From contig CAYNFH010000001.1 in assembly GCA_964396385.1 (NCBI GenBank), forward strand, positions 51,123-115,122: a stretch of DNA of 64,000 nt, written 5' to 3'. This document shows, in pieces, positions 7,839 to 16,879 of this stretch (position 1 is its first letter; each line of letters opens with the position of its first letter). The stretch comes from an uncultured Chthonomonadaceae bacterium (lineage in GTDB: Bacteria; Armatimonadota; Chthonomonadetes; Chthonomonadales; CAJBBX01). The translations under genes were made by a program, and so were the position numbers. Below the pieces are notes generated by a model, which saw only the letters and a list, made by a program, of their open reading frames with translations, was not told where the DNA came from and searched no databases.

Positions 7839-10622
7839 TCACTCGGCGCCAGGACTCGCGAGCGCAATGAGCTGATCCGTGCTCATCTCACGCCCTCGTT
7901 CCCACGCAGCCGCGAACACCGCGTCGCCTAATTGCCCACGCGCCACGGCAACGTTGTGCTCGTAGTCGGCTCGTTCTCCTTCGAAGCGGGCGACGTGCGC
8001 CGACTCACGGATCCGCTCGATCCCGCCCCAAAGAGCAGTCGCCTCCGCTGGCCGGCCTTCGCGCAGAGTGAGCATGGCCCACCCCTCCAGTGAGACCAGA
8101 AGGGTCTGTTCTACATCTATTTCCATCGAGATCGCCGTGCTTCGCGACAAGAGCTTGCGGGCTTCTCGGAGATCCGACCGTGCCAGGGCCGTCCGCGCCA
8201 ATAGCGCTGTTAGCAGGGCCACGCTCTTCCTGTCGCCCAGGTCTGTGGCGATGGCAAGGGCCTCCTCCCTCAAGGCGCGGGACTCTTCATAATTTCCCTG
8301 TCGGTGGCGTACGCTTCCCAGCACGATCAGCGGGTAGATCGTCCCATGTGCGTTGATCAATTGGCGGAAGCCCCTCAGGCTCTCCTCGGCCCAGAGTCGC
8401 GCCTGCTCCAGATCGCCTTCTTCCAAGGCCGAGAACGCAAGGTTGACCAGCGCCGTTGCAGTTCCTTGATGATCGCCGAGTCCCCGGATAATGGTCAGGC
8501 TCTCTTCATAGAACGCCCGCGCCTCGCTGTACCGTCCCTCCGCAGCCGCCAGGACGCCGAGGTTGTTCAGTGACGCGCTGATGCCCTGGCTGTCCTCAAG
8601 CGCCCGCCGCGTCGCCAGACCTTCTTGGAGCAGCGCGCTCGCCTTCGCGTGGTCGATGGCAATCGCGAGTGCGCCCGCCGCGTTCAGTGCAGCAGCTCGC
8701 TCCCTGGTGGCGCCGCAGGCCTTGCTGTGCTCCAGTACAGCCTCCAGGTGACCAAGTCCGTCGCTGTAGTATCCGCGCACTTCCCAGAACCGCCAGAGTG
8801 CGATGGTGAACCGCAGTTCCTTTGGGACGGCTTCAGGATCGTCGGCCAGTTCCTCCGCACACCACGCCAGCGCGGCGCGAATGTTTTCGTGCTCCATCTC
8901 GAGACTCCGGTGCCACCGCGCTTGATCCGCACCCCTTAACTGCTTAGCAGCTTCCTCCGCATACCATAGGAACCATTCACAATGCCGGCGGCGTAGCTCA
9001 CCCATCTCGCCGCTTTCCAGCAGGCGGTCGCGGGTGTACTGTCGGATCGTCTCCAGCAGTCCGAATCGGCCTGTTTCGTCGTGGGTTTCGTCCGCCAGCG
9101 GATCGTGCAGCGTCACGAGGGACTTATCTACCAGGCTGGACAGCAGGTCCATAACCTCCGATTCGTCGATTCCTCCCTCCGAGCAGACGGCTTCAGCCGC
9201 CCGCAATGCCCAACCTGCAGAAAACACAGACAGGCGGCGCAGCAGTTTCTTCTCCGCCTCGCTCAGCAGGTCGTAGCTCCAGTCAATGAGCGCTCTGAGG
9301 GTCTGCTGGCGAGGGAGGGCGGTGCGGCTTCCGCCTGTCAACAGACGGAAGCGCTGGTCCAGCCGTGAGCAGATCTCCTCGACGGGCAGAGCCCGGACGC
9401 GGGCCGCTGCCAGCTCTATGGCGAGCGGCATCCCGTCGAGACGTCTGAATATAGACGCGACCGAGGCGGCGTTCTGCCGGGTGATTGCAAATCCGGGCTG
9501 GCACAGCTTGACCCTCTCCGTGAAGAGCAGCACCGCCTCGGATTGCTGTACCTGGACAGGGTGAGTGTCGGTTCCTGTGCGAGGCAAGGAGAGTGAAGGT
9601 ACACGGTAGGTCTGCTCACCGGTTACTTTTAACCCCTCTCGGCTGCTCGCCAGGATCTGCACGTGAGGGCAGAAGCGAAGTATCTGGTCGACTAAATGCG
9701 CGCAAGATTCGAGCAGGTGCTCGCAGTTGTCCAGTAAGAGGAGGAGCCGCTTCGGCTTCAGGGACTCCACCAGAGTACGGGTGAGCGGCTTGCCAGATTC
9801 CTCACGCACTCCAAGCACCAACGCGACCTCCTGAGCCACAAGATCCGAATCCGTGACGGATGCCAGCTCGACCACCCAGACGCCATCGGGATACATGTCC
9901 AGCCTATTGGCCGCCACCTGGAGGGCCAGGCGCGACTTGCCACAGCCGCCTGAGCCCGTGAGCGTCAGAAGGCGCGCCGTCTTGATGAGCGTGTGAATCT
10001 CGCTCATCTCCTTCTCGCGACCGATGAAGGACGAGAGCTGTACGGGCAGATTGTTGGGCAGTTCGGTGCTGTCGAGTGACCGGAGCGGGGGGAAGGCGGA
10101 GGCCAACTCAGGGTGGATTAGCTGAAAAACATGTTCGGGCCTTGCAAGATCGCGGAGACGATGTTCCCCGAGGCTAAGAAGGGAGCATAGGGGCGGAAGA
10201 TTATCGCGTGCCAACTCCTGCGCAGCGGCAGAGATGAGCACCTGCCTTCCATGGCCCGCCGAAAGGAGCCGCGCGGCGCGGTTGAGCGCTTGCCCCACGT
10301 AGTCTCCATCCCGCGCTTCGGCGGCTCCCGTGTGAATCGCCATCCGGACACGGATCGACAGATCGCCTGCCGCAAGTGATCGCAAACTGAGCTGCGAGTC
10401 AAGAGCAGCTCGCACGGCGCCCGGAGCGCCCGAGAAGGCGGCGCAAAAACCGTCTCCTACCGTCTTGAACACAATGCCACCGTACCGTTCGACGGCTGCC
10501 TTGATGATACTGTTGTGGAGTGACAGGGCCTCACGCATTGGTTCGGGGAACTGTTCCCACAGACGAGTGCTTCCCTCGATGTCGGTGAAGAGAAGCGTCA
10601 CAGTGCCGGTCGGAAGGTTCAT
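7839..10622 (-). CDS. Class III adenylate/guanylate cyclase domain fused to a STAND (NB-ARC/AAA) ATPase and TPR repeats
   Basis: N-terminus VTLLFTDIEGSTRLWE...KTVGDGFCAAF (cyclase), then LTLTGSGGCGKSRLA (Walker A) and LLLLDNCEH (Walker B). The C-terminal third carries many TPR-like A/L-rich repeats. Confidence 0.85.
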   Translation of the reverse strand: MNLPTGTVTLLFTDIEGSTRLWEQFPEPMREALSLHNSIIKAAVERYGGIVFKTVGDGFCAAFSGAPGAVRAALDSQLSLRSLAAGDLSIRVRMAIHTGAAEARDGDYVGQALNRAARLLSAGHGRQVLISAAAQELARDNLPPLCSLLSLGEHRLRDLARPEHVFQLIHPELASAFPPLRSLDSTELPNNLPVQLSSFIGREKEMSEIHTLIKTARLLTLTGSGGCGKSRLALQVAANRLDMYPDGVWVVELASVTDSDLVAQEVALVLGVREESGKPLTRTLVESLKPKRLLLLLDNCEHLLESCAHLVDQILRFCPHVQILASSREGLKVTGEQTYRVPSLSLPRTGTDTHPVQVQQSEAVLLFTERVKLCQPGFAITRQNAASVASIFRRLDGMPLAIELAAARVRALPVEEICSRLDQRFRLLTGGSRTALPRQQTLRALIDWSYDLLSEAEKKLLRRLSVFSAGWALRAAEAVCSEGGIDESEVMDLLSSLVDKSLVTLHDPLADETHDETGRFGLLETIRQYTRDRLLESGEMGELRRRHCEWFLWYAEEAAKQLRGADQARWHRSLEMEHENIRAALAWCAEELADDPEAVPKELRFTIALWRFWEVRGYYSDGLGHLEAVLEHSKACGATRERAAALNAAGALAIAIDHAKASALLQEGLATRRALEDSQGISASLNNLGVLAAAEGRYSEARAFYEESLTIIRGLGDHQGTATALVNLAFSALEEGDLEQARLWAEESLRGFRQLINAHGTIYPLIVLGSVRHRQGNYEESRALREEALAIATDLGDRKSVALLTALLARTALARSDLREARKLLSRSTAISMEIDVEQTLLVSLEGWAMLTLREGRPAEATALWGGIERIRESAHVARFEGERADYEHNVAVARGQLGDAVFAAAWERGREMSTDQLIALASPGAE

Positions 10623-10652
10623 GCGAGCTCACACAACAATGCGGCATCTTCT

Positions 10653-10681
10653 GGCGGAGATTGAGATCAGAAATCTCCGCC
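10653..10681. promoter_or_regulatory. Inverted repeat GGCGGAGATT-N9-AATCTCCGCC in a divergent intergenic region
   Basis: Read directly. The half-site CGGAGATT recurs twice more as direct repeats at about 10785-10809. Confidence 0.3.
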
Positions 10682-10832
10682 GTAAGTGGGTGATGGTCAT
10701 TTCGCCAAGTCCCCCCAGATCCCTGCTCGGCCGGTGGCGGGCGCTTTGCGTTCCCCTGGCAGCGCGCGGCAGGGGAATACCCCGCCGGAGATTAATCTGA
10801 CGGAGATTACGGTACGTGGAGAGGAACCGTCG

Positions 10833-12953
10833 ATGAGACTTGGCCTGTGGATGCCGGCCGTCCTGTTCGGAGTCTTGCTTGTATTAGCCCGTGCGCCGGT
10901 GGCAACGCAAACCCCGGCCGGGCCGGCGCCGGCGGAGAGCCAGACCGAATGGGCGTACTATGGCGGTACACCTGACGGAACCCGCTATTCGCCGCTGACG
11001 CAGATCAACCCGGCCAACGTCACTCAGCTTCAGATCGCGTGGACGTACGACTCCGGCGAGGGGCCGGGCGGCACGCAGTGCCAGCCGCTGGTGACCGGCG
11101 GCGTGCTCTACGGCGTAACGCCGAACCACAACGTAGTCGCGCTGGACGCAGCGACCGGGAAGCCTTTCTGGAAGTTCGAGTCCGGCATCATCGGGCAGGG
11201 CCCTAACCGCGGCCTCGCTTACTGGACGGATGGCAGCGAGCGGCGCATATTCGCAGCGGTCACGCAGTTTGTCTATGCGCTGGATGCCGCAACCGGCAAA
11301 CCGATCCCTAGCTTCGGGAGGAACGCGAGGATCGACCTGCGGGAAGGCGTGGGGCGCGACCCGGCCAAGCAGTCCATCATCCTGACCACGCCGGGCGTAG
11401 TTTATAAAGATCTGCTCATTGTGGGCGGGCGGGTGTCCGAAGGGCTGCCGTGCACCCCCGGCGACATCCGTGCGTACGATGTCCGCACCGGTCAGATGCG
11501 GTGGTCGTTCCACACCATCCCGCACCCGGGCGAGTTCGGGTACAAGACGTGGCCGAAGCTCTCCTGGAAGGTCAACGGCTCGGCCAACAACTGGGCCGGG
11601 ATGACCGTGGACGCTGCGCGCGGGCTGGTGTTCGCGCCGACCGGCTCCGCCGCCGCCGACTTCTACGGCGCGGACCGGTTGGGCGACGACCTCTTTGCGA
11701 ACTGCGAGCTCGTGCTCGACGCAAACACGGGCAAGCGCGTGTGGCACTTCCAGGCCGTCAAGCACGACCTCTGGGACCGCGACCTCCCGTCGCCGCCCGC
11801 CCTGGTCCGCGTCAAGCGCGGGCGCCGATGGGTGGACGCGGTGGCGCAGACCACCAAGAGCGGGCACGTCTACCTCTTCGAGCGCAGCAGCGGAAAGCCG
11901 CTCTTCCCCATCGCCTACAAGCGGTATCCACCCAGCGACACGCCGGGCGAGGTGGCGGCCAAGACCCAGCCGCTGCCCACCCGGCCGGCGCCGTTCGCCC
12001 GGCAGGTGCTGACGGAGGACATGCTCACCAACCGGACACCCGAGGCGCACCAGTGGGCCTTGGAGAAGTTCCGGACGTTTCATGGCGGCACGCAGTTCGT
12101 GCCGTTTCGGGTAGACCAGGAGACCATCATCTTCCCCGGCTTTGACGGGGGCGCGGAGTGGGGCGGACCTGCGTTCGACCCGGACACGGGGCTCCTGTAC
12201 GTGAACGCGAACGAGATGGCCTGGACGTCCCACCTGGCCAGGAACGATGTCGCCCGGACGGCGCGGCAGCTCTACCTCCACAACTGCGGCAACTGCCACG
12301 GCGACACCCTGGCCGGGTCGCCGCCCCAGCTTCCCAAGCTACTGAACATGGGACCGAAGTGGGACATCGCCGCCATTACCAAGATCACGCGCCAAGGCGC
12401 CGGCCGCATGCCCAGCTTCCCCAATCTTTCCGATGCGGACGTGAGGGCGGTGGCGGAGTACGTCCTGACCGGGCAGAGCAAGCCCATCGACTCAGACGAG
12501 CCGGCGGAGGTGACGCAGGACTACCGCTTCACGGGCTACCGCAAGTTCCTGGACCCCGACGGCTACCCGGCCATCGCGCCGCCCTGGGGCACCCTCAGCG
12601 CCATCAACCTGAACACCGGCGAGTATGCCTGGAAGGTCCCGCTCGGGGAGTATCCAGAACTGGCGGCCAAAGGGATGAAAGATACCGGCAGCGAGAGCTA
12701 CGGCGGTCCGGTGGTGACCGCGGGCGGGCTCCTCTTCATCGCCGCGACGAACTACGACCGTAAGCTCCGGGCATTCGACAAGGGCACGGGCAAGCTGCTC
12801 TGGGAGACGACGCTACCTTACTCCGCCAATGCGACGCCCGCGGTCTACATGGCCGGAGGACGCGAGTTTGTGGTGGTAAACGCCGAAGGCAGCAAGGGCC
12901 GACAGAACGATCCCAAAGGCGGCAAGTACGTCGCCTTCGCGCTGCCCCGGTAG
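10833..12953 (+). CDS. PQQ-dependent dehydrogenase (glucose/quinate/shikimate-type beta-propeller) with an internal cytochrome c module
   Basis: Signal peptide after ATG 10833 (GGAGAGGA upstream). PQQ-propeller motifs (W..DLWD.D). CGNCHG (CxxCH) plus GRMPSF at about 12283-12480, followed by ~150 aa more of propeller. Confidence 0.8.
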   Translation: MRLGLWMPAVLFGVLLVLARAPVATQTPAGPAPAESQTEWAYYGGTPDGTRYSPLTQINPANVTQLQIAWTYDSGEGPGGTQCQPLVTGGVLYGVTPNHNVVALDAATGKPFWKFESGIIGQGPNRGLAYWTDGSERRIFAAVTQFVYALDAATGKPIPSFGRNARIDLREGVGRDPAKQSIILTTPGVVYKDLLIVGGRVSEGLPCTPGDIRAYDVRTGQMRWSFHTIPHPGEFGYKTWPKLSWKVNGSANNWAGMTVDAARGLVFAPTGSAAADFYGADRLGDDLFANCELVLDANTGKRVWHFQAVKHDLWDRDLPSPPALVRVKRGRRWVDAVAQTTKSGHVYLFERSSGKPLFPIAYKRYPPSDTPGEVAAKTQPLPTRPAPFARQVLTEDMLTNRTPEAHQWALEKFRTFHGGTQFVPFRVDQETIIFPGFDGGAEWGGPAFDPDTGLLYVNANEMAWTSHLARNDVARTARQLYLHNCGNCHGDTLAGSPPQLPKLLNMGPKWDIAAITKITRQGAGRMPSFPNLSDADVRAVAEYVLTGQSKPIDSDEPAEVTQDYRFTGYRKFLDPDGYPAIAPPWGTLSAINLNTGEYAWKVPLGEYPELAAKGMKDTGSESYGGPVVTAGGLLFIAATNYDRKLRAFDKGTGKLLWETTLPYSANATPAVYMAGGREFVVVNAEGSKGRQNDPKGGKYVAFALPR

Positions 12954-13121
12954 TGCCGAGGAGGACGCCAGGTTACCAAGCAAGCATTCCTCCAACCGGC
13001 TCCAACTAGGTGGTGACTCCTGCCTTGAGATTCCATTCGAACACGATGGTAAGTTCGTTGTCCACGGCGAGTAGAATACGGCGACACTCCGTTTATGCGC
13101 AGCCCCTTACTGGAGACGGGT

Positions 13122-13496
13122 ATGCCCTGGTGTCCTGATTGCAAAACAGAATACGATCCTGGTATAGCCGTATGCGCAGATTGCGGTGCCGATCTTGTGG
13201 ATGAACTTCCCCAAATTCGGATCGGACCGCCGCCTGAAGTTGCGTATGTAGCAAACACGGCGGCAGAGGCGCAGATTGTAGAGGCGACCCTGCAAGCCGC
13301 AGGAATCCCGGCGTTTGTGCAGCCTACCAGCGTCGCGTGGCCAGGTGAGAGCATTACGGACGTCGGTAGCCCAGATCTAGCGGTGCTCGTGCCGGCTGAT
13401 AGATTGACTGAAGCCCAGGAGGTTCTCCACGAGCAAGCCGTGGATGAGGAGGAACTCGCACGCCTGGCAGATTCCACGTCCGATTCCTCCACCTAA
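13122..13496 (+). CDS. DUF2007-like small protein with an N-terminal zinc ribbon
   Basis: MPWCPDCKTEY...CADCG (CxxC...CxxC), then ...AAEAQIVEATLQAAGIPAFVQ, typical of DUF2007. Confidence 0.55.
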   Translation: MPWCPDCKTEYDPGIAVCADCGADLVDELPQIRIGPPPEVAYVANTAAEAQIVEATLQAAGIPAFVQPTSVAWPGESITDVGSPDLAVLVPADRLTEAQEVLHEQAVDEEELARLADSTSDSST

Positions 13497-13661
13497 TACC
13501 CCGGCCTCCACGGTCAGCCGGCCGTTTGCCCGGACCCTAGCCGGCAGGGAGCCGCGAAACAAACCCTACCAATGGAGTAGCTGCGTAGCAGCGGAGCTGC
13601 CTGCGTTCCGGCCCGCTCCGGTTGCGGGCACAGAGGCCCGCGGCTACTTGGGTTGCGGCCT

Positions 13662-14057
13662 TCAGAGGTACAGCACGATATACCCGGTCTCTACGGTGAC
13701 CGGATACGATTCAATCACCGGCTCCGCGGGCTCCACGGCGATGTCGTAGGCCCGAACGCGCAAACCATGAGGGTTGAAGATCGACCGGCCGGTCAGGATG
13801 TCGAACTCCCAGCCGTGCCACGGGCAGCGCAGTATCTCGCCCTCGCGACCCCAGAGGTACTCTCCGGGCGCGGAGGGCAGCGCCATTCCGGTGACGCGAC
13901 CCAGGCAGAGCGGGGCTCCCTGGTGCGGACAGCGGTTGCGGAGGGCGTAGTAGGTCCCGTGCACGTTAAAAACCCCGATGGAGATGCCTTCGACCTCCAC
14001 GATCTTGCGCTCGCCCGGCAGGATCTCCGCCGTTGTCGCTACTCTGAATTGCTTCAC
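13662..14057 (-). CDS. Rieske [2Fe-2S] domain protein
   Basis: CPHQG...CPWHGWEF (CxH...CxxH). The GTG start at 14057 overlaps the upstream TGA (GTGA). The longer track ORF to 14354 lies inside the amidohydrolase gene. Confidence 0.8.
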   Translation of the reverse strand: MKQFRVATTAEILPGERKIVEVEGISIGVFNVHGTYYALRNRCPHQGAPLCLGRVTGMALPSAPGEYLWGREGEILRCPWHGWEFDILTGRSIFNPHGLRVRAYDIAVEPAEPVIESYPVTVETGYIVLYL

Positions 14058-15103
14058 TCGAGGCCGTACCACTCCCGCGCGTTGGCCTCGAAGATGCGCT
14101 GGCGCATGGTGTCCGGCAGTCTGGGAAAAGCGTGCTGAGGCGAATCGAAGTCCCAGTGCGGATAGTCGGAAGAGAAGAGCAGCAGGTGTTCGGCGTCCAT
14201 CATCTCGAGTATCTGGAGGAGCTGGTGGTCGTCGTCCGGCCGCTCCAGCGGCTGGGAGGTGAGGCGCACGTGCTCGCGGAGGTACTCCGACGGGCGCCGC
14301 TTGACCCACGGCACCTCCGAGCGGAGCGCCTTCCACTCCTGATCCAGCCGCCACATCAGCGGGACCAGCCAGGAGACGCCGCCCTCCACCAGCACCACCC
14401 GGAAACCGGGGAACCGCTCAAAGACACCCTCCGTCAGCAGGCTCACAAGATGCGCCTGGAACCCGAGGGAGAGGCAGGTATGCCACTCGATGTAGCGCGT
14501 GGGGTAGCCGGGCGAAGGCTGGATGTTGATGCCCATGCCGTCCGTGCCCGGATGGATAGCGAGCGGCACGTTGTGGCGCGCACAGGCCTCGTAGATGGGA
14601 TAGTAGCGGCGCTGCCCGAGCGGCTCTCGCGCCCCTGAATCCGTCCTGACCTGCACAAAGTGCGGATGGCCGGCCCACCGCTCTATCTCCCGCGCCGCCG
14701 CTTCCGGGTCCTGATGGGCGATGCTGATGGACCCTTTGAAGCAGCCATCCGCGTTGTACCGGTCCAGCCAGGTCGCGGCCAGCCAGTCGTTGAACGCGGC
14801 GGCGATGGCCGTTCCGAAGTCCGGGTCCGGCTGCAGGCTGGCGAAGGAGCACGGCAGCAGGATAGCGTGTGCGATGCCGTACTCCTCCACGTGCTGTTTG
14901 CGCAGAAATCCCGGGTCGGATCCCGGTTTTGCGCCGTCCGGCGGCTCGCTGTCCAGCCGGGCCCAATGCGGCGGCATGAAGTAGCCGCGCCCGCCGCCGC
15001 TCCAGCGGTCCCGGAACGGCATGGCCAGGCGCTCCCGGATCTCCTCCGGACTGCGGGGACCGGGGTGTACATCACAGTCGATGATGCCCGCGCGCGGCGT
15101 CAT
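14054..15103 (-). CDS. Amidohydrolase-2 family metal-dependent hydrolase/decarboxylase (TIM barrel)
   Basis: IIDCDVHPG..., ...LAIHPG..., ...LLFSSDYPHWDFD.... The ATG at 15103 overlaps the upstream TGA (ATGA). Confidence 0.8.
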   Translation of the reverse strand: MTPRAGIIDCDVHPGPRSPEEIRERLAMPFRDRWSGGGRGYFMPPHWARLDSEPPDGAKPGSDPGFLRKQHVEEYGIAHAILLPCSFASLQPDPDFGTAIAAAFNDWLAATWLDRYNADGCFKGSISIAHQDPEAAAREIERWAGHPHFVQVRTDSGAREPLGQRRYYPIYEACARHNVPLAIHPGTDGMGINIQPSPGYPTRYIEWHTCLSLGFQAHLVSLLTEGVFERFPGFRVVLVEGGVSWLVPLMWRLDQEWKALRSEVPWVKRRPSEYLREHVRLTSQPLERPDDDHQLLQILEMMDAEHLLLFSSDYPHWDFDSPQHAFPRLPDTMRQRIFEANAREWYGLE

Positions 15104-15996
15104 CCCAGGGCTTGCTTGTACAGGGCGATGAGCTTGGCCCACGCGCGCTCCGCGTCCGGCTTGTTGTAGATGGGCTTACCGTCCTGGAGGGGCATGTCCG
15201 GCACGCACCAGCCGTGCAGGTCCGGGTAGACCTCGACCTCCGCCGGCACGTGAGCGCTTTCGAAGGCCTCGCGCAGCTTGTCCTTGGCGTCCGGCTGGCG
15301 CTGGTCGTCGTTGGAGGCGATGGCGACGTACATGCGAGCCTTCATCTTCGGGATGAGCAGGTGCGGGCTGGTCGGCTGGTCCGTAACGAGGCCGCCGCCA
15401 TGGAAGGAGGCTCCCGCGCCGATGCGGTCCGGCTGGCTCGCGGCCGTGCGGAACACCAGCGGTCCGCCCATACAGTAGCCCTGGGTGCCCATCTTGCGCT
15501 TCCTGTCCACGGCGCGCTGGGCGTCCAGGAAGGCGACGAAGGCCGCCGCGTCCTTCTCGGTTCCCTCCGGGGTGATGCCGCCCATGTACTTCCGCAGCCG
15601 GGCCATATCGTCCGGGTTGTGGAAGTCGAACGTCTTCGAGTTGAGGTCGATGGAGGCAGCCGGGGAGGCGCGGTAGTAGGGGTTGGGGACCAGGACGGCG
15701 TAGCCCTCCGCTGCCAGACGCTTGCCCATCTCCCGCATGGTGGGCCGGAGGCCGAATGCGTCCGGCCACAGGATAACGGCGGGGTGCGCGCCGCGGGTAG
15801 GGTGGATGAAGGCGGCATCGCACGTCCCGTCCGGCGTCTTAACCTGGACGTCGTGCTCCACCACTTGGACGCGTGCGGCCTCCGCCCCTGCGGACGCGCC
15901 CACCGCCGCCGCCAGCGACAGCCCCCCGACTACTACCTCTCGCCGGGACAGGTCACCGCGCCGTGCTTCCTTCTTCACAGAATCCTTCTTTGCCAT
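15100..15996 (-). CDS. Dienelactone hydrolase family protein, Tat-signal
   Basis: SRREVVVGGLSLAAAVGA... is a twin-arginine leader. GYCMGG nucleophile motif and a DLH-like layout. Confidence 0.8.
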   Translation of the reverse strand: MAKKDSVKKEARRGDLSRREVVVGGLSLAAAVGASAGAEAARVQVVEHDVQVKTPDGTCDAAFIHPTRGAHPAVILWPDAFGLRPTMREMGKRLAAEGYAVLVPNPYYRASPAASIDLNSKTFDFHNPDDMARLRKYMGGITPEGTEKDAAAFVAFLDAQRAVDRKRKMGTQGYCMGGPLVFRTAASQPDRIGAGASFHGGGLVTDQPTSPHLLIPKMKARMYVAIASNDDQRQPDAKDKLREAFESAHVPAEVEVYPDLHGWCVPDMPLQDGKPIYNKPDAERAWAKLIALYKQALG

Positions 15997-16028
15997 TGTC
16001 TAGCTCCTTCTCATGGCTGCGGATCGCA

Positions 16029-16262
16029 TCAAGCCGACCAGTCCTCGAAGTGGAGCCCTGGTACCCTGGAAAAGTCCGTGCTGTTCCTGGTGAGAAGCGT
16101 GGCGCCGCTCGCCAGGGTTACAGCGGCAATCTTCAGGTCCATCGTACCCAGCCGCAACCGCGCTGCATGTAGCCGCTGGTATTCGGCAACGGCCCTGCCG
16201 TCGAAATCCAATAACCCTCCACGTTGCAGTAGGCTCATGTGGTCAGAGTCGAGGACCACCAT
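16029..16262 (-). CDS. vapC: PIN-domain VapC-like toxin, abnormally short (77 aa; apparent internal in-frame deletion)
   Basis: The N-terminus VVLDSDHMSLLQRGG joins directly to the C-terminal PIN half LLDFDGRAVAEY...MDLKIAAVTLASGATLLTRNSTDFSRVPGLHFEDW. About 45-50 aa expected between them are missing. Confidence 0.55.
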   Translation of the reverse strand: MVVLDSDHMSLLQRGGLLDFDGRAVAEYQRLHAARLRLGTMDLKIAAVTLASGATLLTRNSTDFSRVPGLHFEDWSA

Positions 16263-16465
16263 CAGCGGGCGTCCTCATCCTTTGAAGGTCGCTGCGCCTC
16301 GCGATACTCCCGCCCGAGTCTGACGGCCTCCTCGAATCCCTCACTGTCGGCGAATGAGCCGACAATCCGCTCCCACCGAAGCATGCTCTTAGGTGGCTCC
16401 TGCTTCTCTAATAGCTGACGCACCTGTGACTCAAGCGCGCTCACGCGCTGTTCCAGCGTTAGCAT
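16262..16465 (-). CDS. Putative antitoxin partner of VapC
   Basis: 67 aa. Its stop overlaps the vapC ATG (TGATG). Coiled-coil N-terminus and W..IVGSFADSEGFEEAVRLGREYR tail. Confidence 0.5.
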   Translation of the reverse strand: MLTLEQRVSALESQVRQLLEKQEPPKSMLRWERIVGSFADSEGFEEAVRLGREYREAQRPSKDEDAR

Positions 16466-16528
16466 TGAATCTCACCTCCGCCAAGAATCTGCCACTGGAT
16501 TTCGGCCGCTCGGAGCTCATCCGGCACC

Positions 16529-16732
16529 CTAGTCCGGAAACTCGGCATTCCAGCCGTTTGCGTCGATGACCTTAGATAGAATGTACGCCACATCCGTGGC
16601 CTCATGGTCTCCAGGGTGAGCACACCAGTACTCATTGAGCAGTCGTATTACTTCGCGGCAGTCCTCCACGCTCCCCGCACGGAGTGCCATACCGCCAAGC
16701 TCGCTCAGGGTCAGTTCTCGCTCTTCTGTCAT
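16529..16732 (-). CDS. Hypothetical small protein (67 aa)
   Basis: ORF with protein-like composition; no family recognised. Confidence 0.35.
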   Translation of the reverse strand: MTEERELTLSELGGMALRAGSVEDCREVIRLLNEYWCAHPGDHEATDVAYILSKVIDANGWNAEFPD

Positions 16733-16879
16733 TCTTGTTTCAACGGCACTGCATCCGGGTGGCCCCTGCCAGCGCCCATGCGCGCGGCGAGACCAGTTGC
16801 GCGTGCTGGTCCCATTCTACCTCCCGACTTGCCGCTTTGGCGGAGGAAGACTGTGGGTTCCATACCCGGATTCGGCGTC

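Noticed and set aside
10884-12299. 471-aa ORF antisense to the PQQ dehydrogenase
   Set aside because: Same reasoning. The sense strand has clear PQQ and cytochrome c motifs, and the antisense translation is R/P/G-rich with no motifs.
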